Shown one piece after another: positions 16,864 through 25,891 of a stretch of DNA of 64,000 nt. The DNA comes from Thermodesulfobacteriota bacterium. GTDB taxonomy: Bacteria > Desulfobacterota_D > UBA1144 > Nemesobacterales > UBA2774. The notes beneath the pieces are model-generated. The model had not been told where the DNA came from and did no database searches. It saw nothing but the letters and a program-made list of their open reading frames with translations. Every line of letters starts with the position of its first letter. Within the stretch, counting starts at the first letter, position 1. The stretch is from NCBI GenBank assembly GCA_035325995.1, contig DAOKYU010000009.1:21286-85285 (forward strand). The letters are read 5' to 3'. Position numbers and translations under genes: made by a program.

Positions 16864-19260
16864 ATGGAACTGTTCGCCACAGACCTGGAAAGGCTGGCGT
16901 TTCTACTGGAGGCCGATGCGGCGCTGACTCTCGATCCCGACACGCTCGGGACCGAGGCCGCCGAACAGTCCGCTCCTGAAGAGCTCCCTCCCGAGAAACG
17001 CCCCAAGTACATCACCAACTACATCGGCAGTAAGCAGAAGCTCGTCGACTGGATCTGGAAGCATACCCCGGAAGGCACTGGCACGGTGCTGGACGCCTTT
17101 TCGGGGTCTGCGGTCGTGGCCTACATGTACAAGACCAAAGGCCTCCAGGTCATCGCCAACGACCGGCTCCGCTACTGCCATCACGCCGCCAAGGCGATCA
17201 TCGAGAACAACTCGGTTCGCCTGAGCGAGGACGAGATCGAGGCGCTCCTGGCCGACAACGCCAAGGCGGGCAGCTTCGTTCAGGACAACTTCAAGGGCAT
17301 CTTCTTCGCCAAGGGCGTCCATGCGCTGATCGACACCATCCGCGCCAACTGCGACAAGCTCTCCGGCTTCAAGAAAGATATCGCCCTGTTCGGCCTCGGC
17401 AAAACCTGCATGAGCGGCAAGGGTGGCTTCGGCCACTTCTCGTCGTCCACCGATTATGGCCGCCGCCAGGACACTCCCGACGAGTTCAAGGATCGCCTGC
17501 GCAAGAACCTGCAGCGCATCAACGCCCTGGTCTTCGACAACGACAAGGAGAACAAGGCATACCGGCAGGACATCAACGATCTGCTGCCGAAAGCCAAGGC
17601 GGATCTGGCCTACTTCGATCCGCCTTACGCCACCGAGTTTTCGACCACCAACTACGAGCGGGCCTACCACTTCGTGGAGGGGCTCATGACCTATTGGGAA
17701 GGGCTCGAAATCAAAGCCGACACCAAGGTCAAGTATTACGAGACCGACCACAAGACCGTCACCAAGGCCAACGCCAGCGAGTTCTTCCAGACCTTTCTCG
17801 GCAACGCCAAGCACATCCCGCACTGGCTGATCTCCTATCGCGATCACGCCTATCCCAACGAGCAGGAGATGAAGCGGATCATCGGCTCCTTTGGCAAGCA
17901 GAGCCGGATGAAGTCCAAGGATCACCACTACGCCATCACTTCCAAGCACGGCGAGGCTTCCAACGCCAAGGAGCGTCTGTTCGTCTGCGCTCCCGGGGCC
18001 AAGGCCAGCGCCGAGCGGGAGGAGAAACCCGTTCCGATGGCTGCCGCCGCGAACTTCCACACCAGCATCCCCGTGGACATCCGGCTGGGCGAAGGCGAAC
18101 GCCTCACGACCGAGGCCATGGATGTCGGCTCGGCGGGCGACCCCCAGTTCAGCTTCGTGCTCTGCCGCACCGGCACCAACAAGAACGGCGACCACTTCAC
18201 CGCCGAGGAGTTGTCCGGTCGGCACATGACGGCCGTGAACAAGAAGGTCGATCTGCAGCATTCGCAGGAGTTCAACGACATCGTTGGTGGCATCGTCGCC
18301 GCCGACTACCTGGAGGACGACAACGGGGGCCGCGTGGAATGCGTCGGCGAGCTGTACGTCCACGACACCCCGGCCGCCCGGCTGGCCTACAAGCTGATGA
18401 AGCGCGGGATCATCTCCCAGGTCTCCATGGAGTGCGACTACCAGGAAGGCGAATGCTCGGTCTGCCACAAGCGCTTCCAGAACAAGGCCGACTACTGCAC
18501 CCACCTGCGCAAATTCAAGGGCCGTGATTTCAACGGCCAACCCGTTTTCGAGATTCTGCACGGCGTCACTTTCACCGGACTGGGACTGCTCGACCGCAAA
18601 GGCGCGGACGAGAACGCCAGGATTCTGCAGGTGGCGTCCCTTCAGAGCCAGCCCGACCAATCCCAACCCGAAGGAGATTCCACGATGGAAGACAAAACCA
18701 AACCCACCGATGACCAGGCCGTCGAAGCGGCCAAGAAGAAACCGGCCCAGCAGGAAGGCGATCCTGCCCGCGTTACCGACCTGGAAAAGGAAAACCGGCA
18801 GCTCAAGGCCCAGGTCGCCGAGCTGCAGAAACGCGTCCAGGAACTGGAAGCCGAACAAAAGGCGGCCGCCTGCCGCTCCCGGGCCAAGAAGCTGCTCACC
18901 CGTCTGGAGAAGCAGGGACTCTCCTTCGCTTCCGAGGAGGACCGGGAAGCCGAACTGAAACGCCTGGCCGAACTGTCCGACGAAGCCTTCGCCGCCACCG
19001 AGGCTGCTTACGAACGCCTGCCCAAGTCGGCCAAAGCGGACAAGGACAAGGAAGAGAAACCCGCCGACAGCGACCAGGGCGGCAAGCCCGCCGCCAAGGC
19101 CTCGACGGAAACCCCGCTGCGCAGCGACGCCGGTGTCCGGCCCCACGATGTGGACGACCGCAAGGTGTCGCTCGAGGACCGCCTGCGCGACGGGTTCATG
19201 GCCGCTTACCGCAACCGTGTCGGCGAGGACTCTCCCGAACACTCGGAAATCAACGCATAA
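16864..19260 (+). CDS. fusion protein: Dam-like N6-adenine DNA methyltransferase + prohead protease + coiled-coil scaffold
   Basis: N-terminal KYITNYIGSKQKL and AYFDPPYATEF (DPPY motif IV). Middle GELYVHDT...IISQVSMEC resembling the HK97-type prohead protease. C-terminal coiled coil DLEKENRQLKAQVAELQKRVQELEAEQ typical of scaffold. Single uninterrupted ORF. Confidence 0.65.
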   Translation: MELFATDLERLAFLLEADAALTLDPDTLGTEAAEQSAPEELPPEKRPKYITNYIGSKQKLVDWIWKHTPEGTGTVLDAFSGSAVVAYMYKTKGLQVIANDRLRYCHHAAKAIIENNSVRLSEDEIEALLADNAKAGSFVQDNFKGIFFAKGVHALIDTIRANCDKLSGFKKDIALFGLGKTCMSGKGGFGHFSSSTDYGRRQDTPDEFKDRLRKNLQRINALVFDNDKENKAYRQDINDLLPKAKADLAYFDPPYATEFSTTNYERAYHFVEGLMTYWEGLEIKADTKVKYYETDHKTVTKANASEFFQTFLGNAKHIPHWLISYRDHAYPNEQEMKRIIGSFGKQSRMKSKDHHYAITSKHGEASNAKERLFVCAPGAKASAEREEKPVPMAAAANFHTSIPVDIRLGEGERLTTEAMDVGSAGDPQFSFVLCRTGTNKNGDHFTAEELSGRHMTAVNKKVDLQHSQEFNDIVGGIVAADYLEDDNGGRVECVGELYVHDTPAARLAYKLMKRGIISQVSMECDYQEGECSVCHKRFQNKADYCTHLRKFKGRDFNGQPVFEILHGVTFTGLGLLDRKGADENARILQVASLQSQPDQSQPEGDSTMEDKTKPTDDQAVEAAKKKPAQQEGDPARVTDLEKENRQLKAQVAELQKRVQELEAEQKAAACRSRAKKLLTRLEKQGLSFASEEDREAELKRLAELSDEAFAATEAAYERLPKSAKADKDKEEKPADSDQGGKPAAKASTETPLRSDAGVRPHDVDDRKVSLEDRLRDGFMAAYRNRVGEDSPEHSEINA

Positions 19261-19272
19261 GGAGGAAACACC

Positions 19273-19635
19273 ATGTCATTCATCAATCCGTGTCACCGCA
19301 GCCTCGCCTATGGCGACGGCCACATCCAGGGCGACGGCCAGCTTGGCCAGGTGGTCCGCGTGGTCGGCGACGACCTGTTCGCCGTCAACACCGATCCCAC
19401 CAAGCGTTCCTTCGGCATCCTGATCAAGGACTACGCCGGTGGCGAAATGCCCGGTATCTACTGCGATGGCGGCGTCTACGAGACCGACGCCTTCGAAGGG
19501 ACCGTCGTCGCCGGAGACGACCTGAAAGTTTCGGCGGGCGGTCGCCTGACCAACGGTGTCGCGGCCGGAGAGCACGTGGTCGCCCACGCCATTTCCGTAC
19601 AGAGCGGCGTCCTCAAATTTCGACTGCTCGTCTAA
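19273..19635 (+). CDS. small beta-rich head-associated protein (DUF2190-like) adjacent to capsid gene
   Basis: 120 aa, Gly/Val-rich, position immediately before major capsid gene. Confidence 0.45.
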   Translation: MSFINPCHRSLAYGDGHIQGDGQLGQVVRVVGDDLFAVNTDPTKRSFGILIKDYAGGEMPGIYCDGGVYETDAFEGTVVAGDDLKVSAGGRLTNGVAAGEHVVAHAISVQSGVLKFRLLV

Positions 19636-19653
19636 CCCAAGGAGCCAACGCAC

Positions 19654-20517
19654 ATGAAAACCAATCAGTTGAAGATCCACTCCCAGGAGTACATGGAAAC
19701 CATGGCGCGGCTCATGAGCGAGGCTCTCGAGTCGCCCGAAGGCATGCGGGCGCTTGCCGCCGCCATTGCCGCGCCCATCGAACAGGAGATCAAGCGCAAG
19801 GAGATCTCCTCGCTGCTGCTCACCAAGCACACGCTGCCCAAGGGCGAACGTCCGGTTTACCAGAAGAAACCGACCGTCAAGGCCCACTGGATCAGCAAGG
19901 ACGGCGACGCCCAGGAGCAGGAGGTGGGCAAGGACGAAGTCGAGTTCCCCACCAATCGCATCCACTCCAATCCGATGGTGGACGTGTCCGTCCTCAAGAA
20001 CGGCAACATCGGCACGCTGATGGACATCCAGACCAGCGCAGCCGACGCCATCCGCAAGGAGATGGACCGCCGCACCATCTCGGTGCTCTCCTCGGCCATC
20101 CCGGCGACCAACACCATCGAGGTCACCGGCGACCTGCTCACCGAAGAGGCGCTGAACGAAGCCATCTCGATCATCGAGGACCTGGAGCTGTCGGTGAAGT
20201 ACATCGTCATGCGCGGCCGCCGGTTCAACGACATGCGCGGCTGGAACCTCGATCCCCAGACCAAGCTCGAGCTGCGCCAGAAGGGTGTCATCAAGAACTA
20301 CGGCACCGGCGGCATTCTGCTGACCGCCTCCATGCCGCTGGACGAGATCATCATCGTCCCGGATGAAGAGGTCGGAAAGATGCCGGTGCGCGAAAACCTG
20401 AAGACGGAGTCCATCGATCAGAAGACCCGCTTCAAGACCGGCTGGCTGGTGTGGTCCGAGATCGGTCAGGGCATTACCCGCCCTGACATCATGGCCAAGG
20501 TCAAACTGGTTCCGTAA
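19654..20517 (+). CDS. major capsid protein
   Basis: 287 aa following protease/scaffold and decoration-like gene. Strong RBS. Confidence 0.65.
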   Translation: MKTNQLKIHSQEYMETMARLMSEALESPEGMRALAAAIAAPIEQEIKRKEISSLLLTKHTLPKGERPVYQKKPTVKAHWISKDGDAQEQEVGKDEVEFPTNRIHSNPMVDVSVLKNGNIGTLMDIQTSAADAIRKEMDRRTISVLSSAIPATNTIEVTGDLLTEEALNEAISIIEDLELSVKYIVMRGRRFNDMRGWNLDPQTKLELRQKGVIKNYGTGGILLTASMPLDEIIIVPDEEVGKMPVRENLKTESIDQKTRFKTGWLVWSEIGQGITRPDIMAKVKLVP

Positions 20518-20536
20518 TCTTAGGAGGTGACGTGAG

Positions 20537-20896
20537 ATGAATCGAATCAAGAACATCCGTCCCGGCGTTCTGGTGATCCCCGACGCCGGGCTGAAACTCA
20601 AGCCCGGCCAGGTGGTCGAGGTGGAACGCCTCACCAAGCAGATCCAGGCAGCACTCAAGAATGGCCGCCTGGCCATGGCCGACAAACCGAAGCAGGAACC
20701 GCTCGCCCCTCCAGAGCCCGATCAGGACGCGGAACCGGTGGACCTGAGCAAGCTCTCCGCCACCGACGCCATCTCCAGGGTCAACGAGGAAGCCAATCCG
20801 GAAACCCTTAAGGGCTACATGGAAACTGAAAAACGCCGCACGGTGATCGACGCGCTCAAGAGCCGTCTGGAGGGCCTGCAAGGTGCTGCTGAGTGA
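20537..20896 (+). CDS. hypothetical head-associated protein
   Basis: ORF with RBS GGAGGTGA. Confidence 0.4.
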   Translation: MNRIKNIRPGVLVIPDAGLKLKPGQVVEVERLTKQIQAALKNGRLAMADKPKQEPLAPPEPDQDAEPVDLSKLSATDAISRVNEEANPETLKGYMETEKRRTVIDALKSRLEGLQGAAE

Positions 20897-21347
20897 CCTG
20901 ATCGCCGACCTGCGGCTCGACCTGTCCGATCCGGGCGCATCTCTCTTCGAGGACCAGACTCTGGAGAGATGCGTCCGGAAGGCCGTTTTCCGGGTGAGCC
21001 GCGATCTCGACCAATCGCTGACGATCACGGCCGGAGAGATCACCCCTGATCCCACCGGCGAGGTCCGCGAGCTCCTGGTGATCATGGCGCAGATCCATGC
21101 CTGCCAGGTCATGCGTTCGGCCACCGCCAACACCTTCTCCTTTTCCAGCGGCGACAAGCGGGTGGACAAAACCGGCCAGCCCGGCCACTGGGCCAAGCTC
21201 GAGGCCGATCTGCTCGCCGACTACCGCCAGCGGCTCACCGAGCTGCGTCCGGACACCCAGCTCGATCAGGAAGCCTACATCCTGACCCCGAGCGGCCTTA
21301 CGCCGGTCATCTACGAACAAGGGATCGATCTCGATGTTGTTGAATGA
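20883..21347 (+). CDS. head-tail connector (gp6-like) protein
   Basis: N-terminus LSDLIADLRLDLSDPG...DQTLERCVRKA resembles Phage_connect_1 proteins. GTG start. Confidence 0.45.
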   Translation: MLLSDLIADLRLDLSDPGASLFEDQTLERCVRKAVFRVSRDLDQSLTITAGEITPDPTGEVRELLVIMAQIHACQVMRSATANTFSFSSGDKRVDKTGQPGHWAKLEADLLADYRQRLTELRPDTQLDQEAYILTPSGLTPVIYEQGIDLDVVE

Positions 21348-21693
21348 CCGGGAACGCGCCGAAGCCGTGGCCGACGTCGCCCGGCTGATCCTCTCCTCGG
21401 GCCAGACAGCACGCGTCCTGCGCGTGGTTCCCGGCGAGCGGCTCTACGGCACCGACGATGCCGAATACACGGAAATCTCCGTCATCCCCCTCGAACTGAA
21501 CGAAACCCCGCCGGAGGAGCTGAGCGGCAAGATCGACGCGCTTGCCTGTGTCCTTCCGGATGCCGATGTCCGGGGTGAAGACCGCCTGGCCTCAGACAGG
21601 GAAACCTATCGCATACAGAGTGTGGAAGAAGAACACTTCTTCGGCACCGTCACTCATAAGAACCTGCAACTGGTGAAGCTCAATGGGCGTTAG
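21334..21693 (+). CDS. head-tail joining/closure protein (putative)
   Basis: Small overlapping ORF in connector module. Confidence 0.35.
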   Translation: MLLNDRERAEAVADVARLILSSGQTARVLRVVPGERLYGTDDAEYTEISVIPLELNETPPEELSGKIDALACVLPDADVRGEDRLASDRETYRIQSVEEEHFFGTVTHKNLQLVKLNGR

Positions 21694-22168
21694 GCGGACC
21701 GGTGACTGGGACAAGGCCCGCGCCAAGCTGACCACCGGCATGGGGCCACGTCTGGCCACGGCCCTGCGACAGGCCACGATCCGCAACGCCCTTTTTCTGG
21801 TGCGCGAGATCCAGCGGGGGATTCGCTCCCAGGCCCCGGGCGGACAGGCCTTCGTGAAACTCGCCGCAAGCACCATCGAGCGCAAAGGTTCCAGCAAGGC
21901 GCTCATCGACACCGGCTTTCTCGTCAACGCCATCACCCAGAAGATCATGGCCGACAAGGCGTTCGTCGGCCTGCTGCGCGGCACCGTCAACAAGGACGGG
22001 GAAGACATGGTGAACATCGGTGCCGTCATGGAGTACGGGGCCACCATCAAACATCCGAACGGCGCGACCATCATCATACCCGCCAGACCATTTCTGCATC
22101 CGGTGATGGAGAAGTACCGCGAACAGATCCTCCAGAACTATCGCGAGGCGATCCGCTCCGCGCTTTGA
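21683..22168 (+). CDS. HK97 gp10-like tail-completion/virion morphogenesis protein
   Basis: 161 aa, position and size. Weak motif similarity. Confidence 0.45.
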   Translation: MGVRRTGDWDKARAKLTTGMGPRLATALRQATIRNALFLVREIQRGIRSQAPGGQAFVKLAASTIERKGSSKALIDTGFLVNAITQKIMADKAFVGLLRGTVNKDGEDMVNIGAVMEYGATIKHPNGATIIIPARPFLHPVMEKYREQILQNYREAIRSAL

Positions 22169-22206
22169 GCCTCCGACACATCGCCAGCGCTTCCGGTAAG
22201 TAACCA
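22169..22206 (+). promoter_or_regulatory. copy 4 of conserved late-module motif (CCTCCGACACATCGCCAGCGCTTCCGGTAAGTAACC)
   Basis: Begins right after stop of the gp10-like gene, 22 bp before the tail-module start codon. Confidence 0.5.
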
Positions 22207-22227
22207 GGCAGAAAACGGAGGCGTCCC

Positions 22228-22776
22228 TTGAGCACGATACAGACCGTCACAGAAACCCTGATCCGCCTGGCCAAACAGACCATCCACCCGGACACCGTGC
22301 TGGTGTTCCCGGATGACCTGTTCGAGGTCCAGCGTACCCCCAGCGTCATCCTCCAGGGGCCGAAGCTGGCGGAAGACCGTTTCCGCCGCAGCCAGAGCCG
22401 CCTGTTCGAGAAGAATGTCACGGAGCTGAGTTTCGAGGAGTGCCGGTTTCCCAGGCTCTATCACCTCGATTTCGACCTGGTGGTGACCGTGGACCGGGAG
22501 GCCGAACTGCTCGGTTTTCACGAATCGGTGTCGCGGTTCCTCCAGCTTTACCCGGAGATCGCCATCGCCGACCAGGGCAGCCTGAACCTTACCGAACTGG
22601 TTCCTCTGGGCGGCCTGGCCCGGGTGAACCTCTCCAACCTCCGGCAAAGCTCCGGACGCATTCGCATCGAATCCTGCCCGGTGTACGACGGCGACCTGCG
22701 CGACGGTCGGCTGATCCGGGACCGGACCTTCCAGTTTCACGGCGACGTGACAGAGCAACGAACCATTCAACCGTAA
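22228..22776 (+). CDS. hypothetical tail protein (TTG start)
   Basis: GGAGG RBS, first gene of tail module. Confidence 0.4.
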   Translation: MSTIQTVTETLIRLAKQTIHPDTVLVFPDDLFEVQRTPSVILQGPKLAEDRFRRSQSRLFEKNVTELSFEECRFPRLYHLDFDLVVTVDREAELLGFHESVSRFLQLYPEIAIADQGSLNLTELVPLGGLARVNLSNLRQSSGRIRIESCPVYDGDLRDGRLIRDRTFQFHGDVTEQRTIQP

Positions 22777-22788
22777 AGGAGAACAACC

Positions 22789-23046
22789 GTGATCGAGATC
22801 AGAAACCTGCAGTTCCAACCCCTGACGTTCAACCTCTCCGGCCAGGGAACCCTTCACCTCGGGCCGCGAGAACGCAAGAGCATCGCCCGCAAGGACCTCT
22901 CCGCCGAGATCAAGACCGCCGGAAAACGCGGCCTGGTGCGCATCACCGACCTGACCGGCGGCGCGGAACCGGAGCCGGAAAAGCCCACGGCAACCGATGA
23001 CGCCGCAGCCGATGAGGCCAAGACCACCAGCAAGCGGAGGAAATAA
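22789..23046 (+). CDS. small hypothetical protein (GTG start)
   Basis: AAAGGAG RBS. Confidence 0.35.
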   Translation: MIEIRNLQFQPLTFNLSGQGTLHLGPRERKSIARKDLSAEIKTAGKRGLVRITDLTGGAEPEPEKPTATDDAAADEAKTTSKRRK

Positions 23047-23048
23047 CC

Positions 23049-24578
23049 ATGCCGACCTATCTATCGCCCGGGATTTACACCCGGGAAACGGACTTCAGTT
23101 TTTATGTGAAGCAGATCTCGACCTCGTCGGCCGCCATGGTCGGGGTGGCCGAGAAAGGTCCGATCAACAAGCCGGTGCTGGTGACGAGCTGGGAACAGTT
23201 CATCAACCGTTTCGGCTCCTACATCAACGAGAGCTATCTGGCCTACGCCGCCCGGGCGTTTTTCGACAACGGCGGCTCGGTCCTTTACGTCACCCGCATC
23301 GCCCATCTCACCGATCCCACCGACCGTGACACCCTGACGGCGCTCAAGGCATCCGTCGTCCTGCAGAACCGGGAGGCGACCCCCGCCGACGCCCTGCGGA
23401 TCGAGGCCGTGAACGAAGGCGTCTGGGGCGACCGACTCTCCGTCTCCATCGAGGACGGCTCCCTTGACCCGGCCAACCATTTCAACCTGGTGGTCCGGCA
23501 TAAAGGCGATGTGGTCGAGGTGTTCAAGGATCTGAGCATGGACGAGACGCTGCCCAACCATGTGGAGCTGGCGATCAACGACCGTTCGGATTTCATCCTG
23601 GTCCAGGATCTGGCAGCCGTGTCGGGAACGCCCGGCGACCGTCCGGCATTGGGCGTGTTCACACTCACCGGCGGTGACAACGGGCTGGCCGATCTGGCCG
23701 ATGCCGATTTCATCGGCGATCCCTCGCAGCATACCGGCCTCTATGGCTTTGACGAGATCGACGCCCTGAACCTGCTGATGGTTCCCGGCGTCACGACGGT
23801 GCCGGTGATCAACGCCGGAATCGCCTATGCCGAAGGGCGCAAGGATCTGCTGTTCATCGCCGACATGCCCATGCACCTGGAGCCGCTCGAAGCGGTCGAC
23901 TTCCGCAAGGGACAAGGGATGTACAGCCACGCGGCCTTCAACTCCTCCTACGCGGCGCTCTACTACCCCTGGCTGGAGATCAGCGATCCGGTCAACTCGC
24001 GCAAGAAGCTGGTGCCGCCCTGCGGCGCGGTGGCGGGCTGCATCGCCCGCAGCGACCAGAAGACCAACGTCTGGAACGCGCCCGCCGGTATCGACCGGGG
24101 CCGCATCTTCAACACGCTCTCCCTGGCCTACAAGACCAGCCGTGGCGAGCGCGATGTGCTCTATCCGGAAGGGATCAACGTCATCGCCGTGTTCCCCGAC
24201 ACCGGCATCAACATCTGGGGGCAGAAGACACTGCAGAGCCAGCCCTCGGCCGTGGACCGCATCAACGTCCGCCGCCTGATGATGTACATGGAGGAAGCCA
24301 TCTCGGAATCCTCCCGCTTCGTGGTGTTCGAACCGAACCATCCCCAGACCTGGCGTGCCCTCGGCCGCCTGATCAATCCCTTCCTTCAGGACATCAAGGA
24401 CAAGGGCGGCCTCTACGACTTCGCATTCCAGTGCGACGAGGAGACCAATACCCCGGCGGTCATCGACCGCAACGAAATGGTGGCCCGCGTGTTCGTCAAG
24501 CCGACCAAGACGGCGGAGTTCATCGAGCTGAACTTCATCCTGACCAGCACCGGCGCGGACTTCAAAGAAATCATCTAA
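23049..24578 (+). CDS. contractile tail sheath protein
   Basis: N-terminus MPTYLSPGIYTRETDFS, classic sheath start. 509 aa. Confidence 0.85.
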   Translation: MPTYLSPGIYTRETDFSFYVKQISTSSAAMVGVAEKGPINKPVLVTSWEQFINRFGSYINESYLAYAARAFFDNGGSVLYVTRIAHLTDPTDRDTLTALKASVVLQNREATPADALRIEAVNEGVWGDRLSVSIEDGSLDPANHFNLVVRHKGDVVEVFKDLSMDETLPNHVELAINDRSDFILVQDLAAVSGTPGDRPALGVFTLTGGDNGLADLADADFIGDPSQHTGLYGFDEIDALNLLMVPGVTTVPVINAGIAYAEGRKDLLFIADMPMHLEPLEAVDFRKGQGMYSHAAFNSSYAALYYPWLEISDPVNSRKKLVPPCGAVAGCIARSDQKTNVWNAPAGIDRGRIFNTLSLAYKTSRGERDVLYPEGINVIAVFPDTGINIWGQKTLQSQPSAVDRINVRRLMMYMEEAISESSRFVVFEPNHPQTWRALGRLINPFLQDIKDKGGLYDFAFQCDEETNTPAVIDRNEMVARVFVKPTKTAEFIELNFILTSTGADFKEII

Positions 24579-24593
24579 CGGGAGAACACGGCT

Positions 24594-25055
24594 ATGAGAA
24601 GCGGAAATATGCCCAAGAGCCTTTACCAGAACTGGCAGTTCGCCATCGAGGTAAACGGCTTCGACGTGGCCCTGTTCCACAAGGGACAGGAGCCCAAAAC
24701 AGAATTCGAGGAAGTGGCCTTTGCCCCGGCCGGTTCGATGTTCGACCAGAAGGTGGCGGGGCGGGTCAAGTTCGAGGACATCACCCTCGAGAAAGGCACC
24801 CTGCAGGACGGCTCCGACGAGGCGGCACGCGAATGGATCAAGAAACAGGTGGACGTGAACGCCGTCACCGGCGGTCTTCCGGCCGACTACATGCGCGACA
24901 TCGACGTTGTCCGCTACGACCGCACCGGCAACGAGACTCGCCGCTGGACCCTGCACGGGGCCTGGGTGAAGGCGCTCGAATACGACGAGCTCGAAGGCGG
25001 CAACACCGAGAACACCATCGAGAAGCTCACCATCTGCTTCCAATACTGGACCTAA
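24594..25055 (+). CDS. tail tube protein
   Basis: 153 aa directly after sheath. Confidence 0.65.
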   Translation: MRSGNMPKSLYQNWQFAIEVNGFDVALFHKGQEPKTEFEEVAFAPAGSMFDQKVAGRVKFEDITLEKGTLQDGSDEAAREWIKKQVDVNAVTGGLPADYMRDIDVVRYDRTGNETRRWTLHGAWVKALEYDELEGGNTENTIEKLTICFQYWT

Positions 25056-25070
25056 ACCGGAGGATCGACC

Positions 25071-25748
25071 ATGTACAGCTTTGAACTGCCAAGCGGCACT
25101 GAACTCGAGCTTCGGGAAATGACCGGGGCCGAGGAAGAACTGCTCACCAACCAGCGCCTGATCCGCTCCGGAGAGGCGATCAACCAGGTGCTCCGCAACT
25201 GTTTTGTCCGGCTGGGCGAGAAGACCGACCCCGATCTTTCCGAGGTGATGAACCTGCTCTCGGGTGACCGGTTGTTCGCCCTGGTCCGCCTGCGCCAGAT
25301 TTCCCTCGGTGACGAGGTGGAGCTGGAGCTGAGCTGTCCGAACAGCTCCTGCCGCATGAGCAACTTTGTGACCATCAATCTCGAGGATCTCAAGGTCACC
25401 CCCTACGGCGAGGAGCGGGAGTTCGCCTTCAAGCTGCCCGGTTCGAAGAAAACCGTGCGCTTCGGATATCTCGACGGCCACAAGGAAAAGCGTCTGGCCA
25501 GCCTGCGCGAGCCCAACATCACCTCGGCCATGCTCATCCGCGTCCTCGACATCGACGGCAAGGCTCCCTCCAAGAAGAGCCTGGCGGAAATGTCGATGCG
25601 CGACCGCAACGCGCTGCGGCAGGAGATGTCGCGGGTCGACGCGGGAATCGACACCTCGGTCGAGACCGAATGCGATGGCTGCGGCACCAAGATCCGTACC
25701 CGCCTGGAGGCCGAACCGGCTTTTTTGTTCCCCGGAGTTCGCTTGTAA
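25071..25748 (+). CDS. tail assembly chaperone (G-like)
   Basis: Position between tube and tape measure. Slippery GGCTTTTTTG near its 3' end. Confidence 0.5.
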   Translation: MYSFELPSGTELELREMTGAEEELLTNQRLIRSGEAINQVLRNCFVRLGEKTDPDLSEVMNLLSGDRLFALVRLRQISLGDEVELELSCPNSSCRMSNFVTINLEDLKVTPYGEEREFAFKLPGSKKTVRFGYLDGHKEKRLASLREPNITSAMLIRVLDIDGKAPSKKSLAEMSMRDRNALRQEMSRVDAGIDTSVETECDGCGTKIRTRLEAEPAFLFPGVRL

Positions 25749-25891
25749 GCGACGCATTCTTTCTCGCTTACGGCGGACTGCACTGGGGCTGGTCGGAAAC
25801 CCGCTCGCTGACGCTCAGGGTCCGGCGTCAGTTCGTCGAGGCCCTCGAGCGGCAACTTGATTTTGAACGTGAGCAAACGGAACGGCGATAG
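25670..25891 (+). CDS. -1 frameshift extension (GT-like) of the tail assembly chaperone
   Basis: Overlapping -1 frame ORF ending at the tape-measure start, reachable via the T_TTT_TTG heptamer at ~25728-25734. Confidence 0.4.
   Translation: MRWLRHQDPYPPGGRTGFFVPRSSLVSDAFFLAYGGLHWGWSETRSLTLRVRRQFVEALERQLDFEREQTERR

Noticed and set aside
17694-18527. 277-aa + strand ORF in an alternative frame inside the MTase-protease gene, and a similar one at 26203-27504 inside the TMP gene
   Set aside because: Arg/Gly/Pro-rich overlapping frames of genes with clear domains; no independent support.
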